Assembly (NCBI GenBank): GCA_030448025.1
Contig: JAUJNQ010000002.1
Location: 636,473 to 700,472, forward strand
Length of the DNA stretch: 64,000 nt
Direction of reading: 5' to 3'
Origin: Acidimicrobiales bacterium
GTDB lineage: Bacteria > Actinomycetota > Acidimicrobiia > Acidimicrobiales > GCA-2861595
Shown here: positions 36,860-44,061 of the stretch, piece after piece
How the letters are laid out: each line of letters opens with the position of its first letter
Numbering within the stretch: position 1 is the stretch's first letter
The notes under the pieces: model-generated
Database searches by the model: none
What the model saw: only the letters and a program-made list of their open reading frames with translations
What the model was told of the DNA's origin: nothing
Position numbers and translations under genes: made by a program

Positions 36860-37819
36860 GTGCTCGGCGCTTCTCGGATCTGCATCGTCACACCGGCGCC
36901 CCTGCGCTCCCGGCACGGCAACCGGCTCACGGCCCTGCGGTGGGCCAGGCTGCTCCGGGAGCTGGGCCACAGCGTCGTCGTGGCCCAGTCCTACGAGAAC
37001 CAGCGCTGCGACGTGCTCGTCGCCCTTCACGCCCGACGCAGCGCAGCGTCCATCGAACGCTTCGGCCAGCGACGCCCTCGGGCACCGCTGGTCGTCGCCC
37101 TCACCGGGACCGACGTCTACGCCGACCGCCATGACGACGATCTCATCTCGCGCTCGTTGGAGCTGGCCACGGCCTGCGTGGTGCTCCAGCCCCTGGCCCT
37201 GGATCAGCTACCCGAACGGGTGCGGGCCAAGACCACCGTCATCCACCAGTCGGCGTCGGCACCACCTTCGACCGGCCCGGGCCGGGGGCCCGGCTTCACC
37301 GCCGTCGTCCTCGCCCACCTGCGGGAGGTCAAGGACCCGAAGCTGGCCGCCGAGGCCGTGCGCCTCCTTCCCTCCCGTTCGGCGGTGAGGGTGGTCCACC
37401 TGGGCGCGGCGCTGGATGACGGCATGGAGGAATGGGCCAGGGCCGAGACCAGCCGGAACCCACGGTACGAGTGGCGGGGCGACGTTCCCCGCTGGCGGGC
37501 CATGCGGGTGCTGGCCCGCTCACGGGTCATGGTTCTGACGTCGAAGGCCGAGGGTGGCGCCAACGCCGTGTCCGAGGCGCTGGCCGGGCGCGTACCCGTC
37601 CTTTCCTCCCGCGTCGACGGCTCGGTGGGGATCCTCGGGGACGACTATCCCGGCTACTTCGAGACCGGCCAGGCCGACCAGCTGGCCACCCTCCTCCAGC
37701 GAGTCGAGGTGGACGCGGGGTTCTACGACCTGCTCCGGAGGAAGTGCGACGCCCTCCGCCCGCTGGTGAGCCCGGACCGGGAACGCCGGGCCTGGGCCGA
37801 GCTGCTGGCCGCTCTGTGA
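36860..37819 (+). CDS. glycosyltransferase resembling the SenB (selenosugar synthase) family
   Basis: GTG 36860 abuts the upstream TAA. ICIVTPAPLRSRHGNRLTALRWARLLRELGH...EGGANAVSEALAGRVPVLSSRVDGSVGILGDDYPGYF is present. The SenB assignment is from memory of the family pattern plus context. Confidence 0.7.
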   Translation: MLGASRICIVTPAPLRSRHGNRLTALRWARLLRELGHSVVVAQSYENQRCDVLVALHARRSAASIERFGQRRPRAPLVVALTGTDVYADRHDDDLISRSLELATACVVLQPLALDQLPERVRAKTTVIHQSASAPPSTGPGRGPGFTAVVLAHLREVKDPKLAAEAVRLLPSRSAVRVVHLGAALDDGMEEWARAETSRNPRYEWRGDVPRWRAMRVLARSRVMVLTSKAEGGANAVSEALAGRVPVLSSRVDGSVGILGDDYPGYFETGQADQLATLLQRVEVDAGFYDLLRRKCDALRPLVSPDRERRAWAELLAAL

Positions 37820-37867
37820 GCAGTGAGGCAGCGCGTTTCGGTCACACCTCGCCGGTAGCCTGAGTCC

Positions 37868-40800
37868 GTGGAGGATCTGCTGACCGGACTGAACCCCGTG
37901 CAGCGGGAGGCCGTGTTGCACGACGAGGGCCCGCTCCTCATCGTGGCCGGGGCGGGCTCGGGCAAGACCCGCGTGCTCACCAATCGCATCGCCCACCTCA
38001 TCGCCGAGGGCGTGTCCCCCTTCGAGATCATCGCCATCACCTTCACCAACAAGGCCGCCGGCGAGATGAAGCATCGGATCGAGGCACTGGTCGGGCCCGT
38101 GGCCCAGCGCATGTGGGTGTCCACCTTCCACTCGGCGTGCGTACGGATCCTGCGCCGGGACGGCAGCCGCCTCGGCTACCGCTCCACGTTCACCATCTAT
38201 GACCAGGCCGACGCCCAGCGCCTCACCGGCTACGTGCTGCGGGACCTCAACATCGACGCCAAGCGATTCCCTCCCCGCAGCGTGCACGCGGTCATCAGCC
38301 AGGCCAAGTGCGAGCTGATCGACTTCGAGTCCTACGGGTCTCGGATCAGTGGGCCCTACGAGCGCCGGATCGCCGAGGTCTACCGGGAGTACCAGCAGCG
38401 GCTCCTGGCCGCCAGCGCCATGGACTTCGACGACCTCGTCATGGTGGCCGTGAACCTGCTCCAGGCCCACCCCGAGGTGCTGGCCCACTACCAGGAGCGC
38501 TTCAAGCACGTGCTGGTCGACGAGTACCAGGACACCAATCGGGCCCAGAACGAGCTGGTGGTGCTCCTCGGGCGCAAGCACCGCAACGTGTGCGTGGTCG
38601 GAGACAGCGATCAATGCCTGCCCCCAGGGACGCAGGTGGCCACACCCCTCGGGGCTCGTTGCATCGAGGATCTTTCGGGAGGCGACCCGGTGCTGGGAAC
38701 CGGCGGCGGAAGCACACTGGTCCCGGGTCGGGTGCAGCATGTGCAGAGGGGACGCTACGCCGGACCCTTGTACACGATCACGGCCGCCGGCCGAACGGTT
38801 CGGGGCACGCCGCACCACATCGTGCTCGCCGATCCGGTGGTTGAGCCCGATCGGTACCTCGTCTACCTCATGGAACGCGCCGACCGTGGGTACCGGGTAG
38901 GCCTGACCATGGGGGTTTGCCCTACCGGGAAGGGTGGACTCGGGCACGGCCTCCGCGTGCGAGTCAACCAGGAGCATGCCGACAAAGCATGGATCCTGCG
39001 GGTGTGCGCCACGCGGGCGGAGGCCGCCTTCTGGGAAGCGAGGTACGCGGCGCAGTACGGATTGCCCACGGCCTGTTTCCACGCATTGGGCCGGAACCTT
39101 CCCATGGACCACGTATGGCTCCAGCGCCTCTATGACGAGCTGGACACCGAAACCGCAGCCAAGCATCTGCTGGAGGATCTCGACCTCCACCCAGACTTCC
39201 CTCATTACCGGCCGCAGAACGGCCGTCGCCGCCAGAGCGTCAACCTCACCATGTTCTCGGACCATCGTCGTGGGAGCACGGGCTACCACCGGATCCAGTG
39301 GTGCTCGAACCGGGCCGACACCGCCGCTCGGCTGGCGGCCGCCGGTTACGAGCCGAGGGCCGGGAAGGCTGCGAGCCTTCGAGTGGAGGTGTCCCGAAAG
39401 AGTTACCCGGAGGCGCTCGGGTTGACCGAGACCATGGCGAATGCCGGCGGCCTCGAGATCCAGCGTCGTGCCCAGATCAACGGTCGTGTGTACGCCTTCA
39501 CCCCACTGTCTCATCTACGGGTCGGCATGCGCGTGCTCGTGGATCAGGACGGAAGGCTCGAGGAGGCGCGGGTGGACTCGGTCGAGGTCGAGGAGTACGA
39601 CGGCCCCGTCTACGACCTCGAGGTAACACCGACGCACACGTATGTCGCCGATGGGGTACTGGTGCACAACAGTGTGTACCGCTTCCGAGGCGCCGACGTG
39701 CGCAACATTCTTCAGTTCGAGGAGGCCTTCCCAGAGGCCACCACCATCGTGCTGGAGCAGAACTACCGCTCCACCCAGACCATCCTCGACGCGGCCAACG
39801 CCATCATCGCCAACAACGCCCTGCGCAAGCCCAAGTCCCTGTGGACCGAACAGGTGGGTGGCGAGCTCATCAGCCGCTACCACGCCGAGGACGAGCACGA
39901 CGAGGCCACCTGGGTGTGCCAGGAGATGGCCCGCCTGCACCGCCAGGGCACACGGTGGGGCGACATGGCCGTCTTCTACCGCACCAACGCCCAGAGCCGG
40001 GTGGTGGAGGAGGAGCTCGTACGGCGCAAGGTGCCCTACGTGATCGCCGGCGGGACCCGCTTCTACGAGCGCCGGGAGGTCAGGGACCTGGTTGCCTATC
40101 TCAGGGCGGTGAACAACCCCGCCGACGAGGTCTCGCTGAAGCGGGTGGTCAACGTGCCCAGGCGCGGCGTGGGCGACACCAGCGTGGGTCGGCTCGACTC
40201 GTGGGCCGCCGCCCAGGGGATCGGGTTCTTCGAGGCCATGCTCGACGCCGAGCGGGCGGGCGTCACCGGCAAGGCACTCGGGGGCATACGAGAAGTGCTC
40301 AACCTCCTCGACGAGCTGCGCATGCTGGCCGACGGTGGTGTTGGCCCGGACAAGGTGGTGCAGGTCGTGCTCGACCGCACCGGGTATGCAGCCGAGCTCG
40401 AGGCCGAGCGCACGGTGGAGGCGGCCGGGCGGCTGGAGAACGTGGCCGAGCTGGTGGGGGTGGCCGGCGAGTACGAGGACCTCGACTCGTTCCTCGAGGC
40501 GGTGAGCCTGGTGGCCGACAGCGACGACCTCGAGGAGGAGGCGTCGAAGGTGGTGCTCATGACGCTGCACACGGCCAAGGGGCTGGAGTACCCGGTCGTG
40601 TTCATGGTGGGTCTGGAGGACGGCATCTTCCCCCACCTTCGGTCGTTGGGTGACCCCGACGAGCTAGAGGAGGAGCGCCGCCTCTGCTACGTCGGCCTCA
40701 CCCGGGCCCGTGAGCGCCTGTTCCTCACCAACGCCTGGTGTCGCACCCTGTGGGGGTCAACCCAGTACAACCCGCCCAGTCGCTTCCTGAAGGAGATCCC

Positions 40801-41107
40801 CGAGAGCCTCACCCGGATGGTCCAGAGCGTCCGGAGCCGGGCAACGTCCGGATCAGGCGGCTCGAGCAGCCACCGCGGACGGGTCGTCGAGTCGGCCCTG
40901 CGAGGCTCGGCAGCGGCCCGTGACCGAAACAGTGGTGGCGACAAGCTGGGCCTTCGAGTCGGCGACGACGTGGTGCACGCCAAGTGGGGCGAGGGCGTGG
41001 TGCTGGAGATCCTGGGACGCGGTGACAAGGCCGAGGCCATGGTCCGCTTTCCCGGCGAAGGCGAGAAGCGCCTGCTGTTGGCCTGGGCGCCTCTCACCAG
41101 AGCCTGA
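37868..41107 (+). CDS. pcrA: ATP-dependent DNA helicase PcrA/UvrD, interrupted by an intein
   Basis: LNPVQREAV, AGAGSGKT, VDEYQDTN, VVGDSDQ|intein|SVYRFRGAD, LEQNYRS, TLHTAKGLEYPVVF and CYVGLTRA. The mature length would be 727 aa. Confidence 0.93.
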   Translation: MEDLLTGLNPVQREAVLHDEGPLLIVAGAGSGKTRVLTNRIAHLIAEGVSPFEIIAITFTNKAAGEMKHRIEALVGPVAQRMWVSTFHSACVRILRRDGSRLGYRSTFTIYDQADAQRLTGYVLRDLNIDAKRFPPRSVHAVISQAKCELIDFESYGSRISGPYERRIAEVYREYQQRLLAASAMDFDDLVMVAVNLLQAHPEVLAHYQERFKHVLVDEYQDTNRAQNELVVLLGRKHRNVCVVGDSDQCLPPGTQVATPLGARCIEDLSGGDPVLGTGGGSTLVPGRVQHVQRGRYAGPLYTITAAGRTVRGTPHHIVLADPVVEPDRYLVYLMERADRGYRVGLTMGVCPTGKGGLGHGLRVRVNQEHADKAWILRVCATRAEAAFWEARYAAQYGLPTACFHALGRNLPMDHVWLQRLYDELDTETAAKHLLEDLDLHPDFPHYRPQNGRRRQSVNLTMFSDHRRGSTGYHRIQWCSNRADTAARLAAAGYEPRAGKAASLRVEVSRKSYPEALGLTETMANAGGLEIQRRAQINGRVYAFTPLSHLRVGMRVLVDQDGRLEEARVDSVEVEEYDGPVYDLEVTPTHTYVADGVLVHNSVYRFRGADVRNILQFEEAFPEATTIVLEQNYRSTQTILDAANAIIANNALRKPKSLWTEQVGGELISRYHAEDEHDEATWVCQEMARLHRQGTRWGDMAVFYRTNAQSRVVEEELVRRKVPYVIAGGTRFYERREVRDLVAYLRAVNNPADEVSLKRVVNVPRRGVGDTSVGRLDSWAAAQGIGFFEAMLDAERAGVTGKALGGIREVLNLLDELRMLADGGVGPDKVVQVVLDRTGYAAELEAERTVEAAGRLENVAELVGVAGEYEDLDSFLEAVSLVADSDDLEEEASKVVLMTLHTAKGLEYPVVFMVGLEDGIFPHLRSLGDPDELEEERRLCYVGLTRARERLFLTNAWCRTLWGSTQYNPPSRFLKEIPESLTRMVQSVRSRATSGSGGSSSHRGRVVESALRGSAAARDRNSGGDKLGLRVGDDVVHAKWGEGVVLEILGRGDKAEAMVRFPGEGEKRLLLAWAPLTRA
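38615..39670 (+). mobile_element. intein (352 aa) in helicase motif III
   Basis: It starts CLPPGTQV. Block B is GTPHH. It ends VYDLEVTPTHTYVADGVLVHN, followed by the +1 residue Ser. The flanks rejoin to give the canonical VGDSDQSVYRFRGAD. Confidence 0.9.
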
Positions 41108-41119
41108 GGCGATGAAGTC

Positions 41120-41596
41120 CTACCGAGCGGAGCGAAGGTCGACGCTGACCACGCCCTTGCGCACCTCGGCTGGATAGGTGGTGAGCCCCGCACCGTCGGC
41201 GGGGTAGCTCTGGGAGGTGCAGGGGTCCACGAAGCGTCCCGGGTCGGGCTCCCATCGCAACAGGCACTCGACGGTCTCCCGCGATGCATAGGCGCGAACG
41301 GCCGACCAACCGGTGTTGGGGTCCTGTCCCAGATGCTGGACGAACACCTCCCGCTCCCGGTTGAGCGGGTCCTTGAAGAGGAACGGGCCACGCTGTTCGA
41401 CTTCCCGGGCGAGCCGGGTGGCGCTCCCCACCCGGAAGACGCGCGGCCCGAGGTTGACCTGTTCGGGGTTCCTGGACGCGAAGCGGACAACGAAGAACAG
41501 CAGCACCGCGGCGAAGACCAGAGCTATCAATGATCCGGCCACGATCAGCCGGCCCCGGTTCGGCGGACGGCGAGTGGACATGGCTCCATCGTGCAC
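41120..41596 (-). CDS. single-pass membrane protein, hypothetical
   Basis: The TM segment is LIVAGSLIALVFAAVLLFFVV. The soluble domain contains GPFLFKDPLNREREVFVQHLG. The start could be the second Met (41581). Confidence 0.65.
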   Translation of the reverse strand: MHDGAMSTRRPPNRGRLIVAGSLIALVFAAVLLFFVVRFASRNPEQVNLGPRVFRVGSATRLAREVEQRGPFLFKDPLNREREVFVQHLGQDPNTGWSAVRAYASRETVECLLRWEPDPGRFVDPCTSQSYPADGAGLTTYPAEVRKGVVSVDLRSAR

Positions 41597-41692
41597 CGCC
41601 CGCCCACCCTCGTGGGGCGGCTGTTCTCGTTGGGTTCGCCGCCAGGCGGCCTATGCTTCGCAGTGAACTCAGGGTGACAAGGGAGGCATGCC

Positions 41693-43036
41693 ATGCGTCA
41701 GCGGGGAGCTCGACCTTGGAGAAGGTCATCGGCTTTGCTGGTTGCGGCTGCCGTGGTGCTGGCCGCCTGCGGCGGCAACGAGGGCGGCGGCGCCGGACCG
41801 GGCGGTAAGGAGGTCTCGATCGCCTTCGTGGGCGCCAAGACCGGGGACAACGCCAACCTGGGGCTCAACATCAGAGACGCGGCCAAGCTGGCCATCGACG
41901 AGGAGAACGCCAAGGGCGGCAACGTCACCATAAGGCTGAAGGAGTTCGACACGGCCGGGGAGTCGGCTCAGGCCAACACGGTCAAGGACCAGTTCATCGG
42001 CGACGAGAGCATCGTCGGCGTGGTCGGACCCGCCTTCTCCGGTGAGACCAAGGCCCTCCTGCCCGCCTTCCAGGAAGCGGGCCTGGTGATGATCAGCCCC
42101 TCGGCAACCGCCAAGGACATCCCCGGGGTGGTTCCGGACCAGACGGTGTTCCACCGCACCCTCGCCGACGACGTCGTCCAAGCCACCGGCATCGCCGACT
42201 ACCTGGCCAATGTGGAGAAGCCGGCCACGGTGGCCTACGTCCACGACAACACCCCCTATGGCAAGCCCCTGACAGAGGACGTGCAGAAGCTCGCTACGGC
42301 CAAGGGCGTGAGGGAGTTCGGGAAGATCGAGGTCGTCGACCCCAAGGCCCAGGACTTCTCGGCCACCGTCAACAAGGTCAAAGATGCCGCGCTGATCTTC
42401 TACGGTGGCTACTACGCAGAGGCCGGCCGGTTCAAGAAGCAGCTCGCCGATGAGCGGTCGAAGGCGACGTTCCTGAGTGGCGACGGGTCCCTCGACCCCG
42501 GCTTCATCACGTCTGCCGGCGGAACCCCCGCCGAAGGAGCCCGCCTGAGTTGCCCGTGCAACCTGGCGCTGGAGAGCTCCCAGGGTGAGCTCAAGGCCTT
42601 CTACGACAATTACAAGCAGAAGATCGGACGTGAGCCCGGCCTCTACTCGCCGGAGGGCTACGACTCGGCCAAGATCCTGATCCAGGCCATCAAGGCCGGG
42701 AACGACACCCGACCGAAGCTTCTCCAGTACGTGGAGAACCAGGTGGGCGTCTACCAGGGCGTCTCCAAGACCATCGAGTTCGAGGCCAACGGCAACCTCA
42801 AGTCCAAGCAGTTCTTCGTCTTCCAGGTGAAGGGCGGCAAGATCGTGCCGCTGCAGACCCTCACCATCGAGGAGCAGGACACCGGGACGAGCAGCGGCAG
42901 GCAAAGGACCACCACCACCTCGAGCGGAGCCAGCACCACGACCACCACCGGCGGATCCACGACCACGACGACCACCGGCGGATCCACGACGACCACCACC
43001 ACCGGCGGAGCCACGACTACCAACCCCACCAGGTGA
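41693..43036 (+). CDS. branched-chain amino acid ABC transporter substrate-binding lipoprotein with a Thr-rich C-terminal tail
   Basis: AGGGAGG SD is present. The lipobox is LAAC. LivJ/K-type PBP1 stretches are IAFVGAKTGDNANLG...VVGPAFSGE. The tail reads TTTTSSGASTTTTTGGSTTTTTTGGSTTTTTTGGATTTNPTR. Confidence 0.88.
   Translation: MRQRGARPWRRSSALLVAAAVVLAACGGNEGGGAGPGGKEVSIAFVGAKTGDNANLGLNIRDAAKLAIDEENAKGGNVTIRLKEFDTAGESAQANTVKDQFIGDESIVGVVGPAFSGETKALLPAFQEAGLVMISPSATAKDIPGVVPDQTVFHRTLADDVVQATGIADYLANVEKPATVAYVHDNTPYGKPLTEDVQKLATAKGVREFGKIEVVDPKAQDFSATVNKVKDAALIFYGGYYAEAGRFKKQLADERSKATFLSGDGSLDPGFITSAGGTPAEGARLSCPCNLALESSQGELKAFYDNYKQKIGREPGLYSPEGYDSAKILIQAIKAGNDTRPKLLQYVENQVGVYQGVSKTIEFEANGNLKSKQFFVFQVKGGKIVPLQTLTIEEQDTGTSSGRQRTTTTSSGASTTTTTGGSTTTTTTGGSTTTTTTGGATTTNPTR
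42950..43020 (+). repeat. 27-bp tandem repeat (about 2.6 units) encoding GGSTTTTTT
   Basis: Unit 1 is ggcggatccacgaccacgacgaccacc (42950-42976). Unit 2 is ggcggatccacgacgaccaccaccacc (42977-43003). A partial unit begins ggcggagccacgac... Confidence 0.85.
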
Positions 43037-43104
43037 CGCCGCACCGGTGAGCCGGCAGGCGGAGGGCGCCACCGGCCCTCCGTCACTCTCTGAGAGGGAA
43101 GACC

Positions 43105-44061
43105 ATCAACGCCTGCTTCCGGTGCCTGATCGACCAGTTCGGCCCTCAGACGCTCGACGGCCTCACGCTTGGCGCGATCTATGCACTCATCGCCCTCGGC
43201 TACACGCTGGTCTACGGGGTGCTGCGCCTCATCAACTTCGCCCACTCCGAGATCTTCATGATCGGCGTGTTCGCCAGCCTGTTCGCCATGCACGCCCTGG
43301 GCATCGACGCCGGCGACCCGGCCAGGACCGGGCTCGCCCTCGGTGCGTCGCTTCTCGTCGTGATGGTCGTGGCCATGGTGGCGTCGGGTCTCACCGCCGT
43401 GATCATGGAGCGGGTGGCCTACCGCCCTCTGCGCCGCCGCGGGGCCCCCAGGCTGGCTGCGCTCATCACTGCCGTCGGCATCTCCCTCTTCCTCCAGGAG
43501 CTCTTCGCCATCCGCTACGGCCGCGAGGTCCTCGGCTTCCCGAGGCTGATGGAGAAGCGACAGCTCTTCGAGCTGGGTGGTGCCAACGTGAGGACCGACA
43601 AGGTGCTGGTCCTGGTGTCGGCGCTGCTGTTGATGTTGGCCCTCGACCGGTTCGTTGCCCGCACCCGTCTGGGCAGAGGCATCCGGGCCACGGCGCAGGA
43701 CGCCGAGACCGCATCCCTCATGGGAGTGAACATCGACCGCGTGATCATGCTCACCTTCCTGTTGGGCGGCCTCCTGGCGGGCGCGGCGGGCACGCTGTAC
43801 GGGGTCTTCTTCGAGGCCGCCCGATACAACATCGGGTTCCTGCCCGGCATCAAGGCCTTCACCGCCGCGGTGCTCGGAGGCATCGGCAACATCCGAGGGG
43901 CGTTGGCCGGGGGGCTGCTGCTCGGTCTGTTGGAGAACTGGGGGTCCGCTGTGCTGGGCGGTGAGTGGAAGGACGTGTTCGCCTTCACCGTCTTGGTCCT
44001 GGTGCTCATGTTCCGCCCGACGGGACTTCTGGGCGAGAGCCTGGGACGGGCAAGGGCATGA
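43105..44061 (+). CDS. livH: branched-chain amino acid ABC transporter permease (LivH-type), non-canonical start
   Basis: The conserved N-terminus LDGLTLGAIYALIALGYTLVYGVLRLINFAH lies upstream of the first ATG/GTG/TTG (43219). The frame is open from 43051. The candidate starts are ATC 43105 (GAGG 7 nt upstream) and CTG 43126. Confidence 0.8.
   Translation: MNACFRCLIDQFGPQTLDGLTLGAIYALIALGYTLVYGVLRLINFAHSEIFMIGVFASLFAMHALGIDAGDPARTGLALGASLLVVMVVAMVASGLTAVIMERVAYRPLRRRGAPRLAALITAVGISLFLQELFAIRYGREVLGFPRLMEKRQLFELGGANVRTDKVLVLVSALLLMLALDRFVARTRLGRGIRATAQDAETASLMGVNIDRVIMLTFLLGGLLAGAAGTLYGVFFEAARYNIGFLPGIKAFTAAVLGGIGNIRGALAGGLLLGLLENWGSAVLGGEWKDVFAFTVLVLVLMFRPTGLLGESLGRARA

Noticed and set aside
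35573-37819. I looked for a complete senABC or egtABCDE cluster in the window.
   Set aside because: No SelD-like, EgtD-like, EgtA, EgtC or EgtE gene lies within or next to the pair. The neighbours are guaA upstream and pcrA downstream. Only the two-gene observation is reported.
41616-41640. A GC-rich hairpin (ccgcccac cctc gtggggcgg) lies in the divergent region upstream of the Liv binding-protein gene. I considered a possible attenuator or riboswitch.
   Set aside because: The stem is imperfect, I recognised no conserved riboswitch core, and the hairpin lies between two divergent promoters. The evidence is insufficient.
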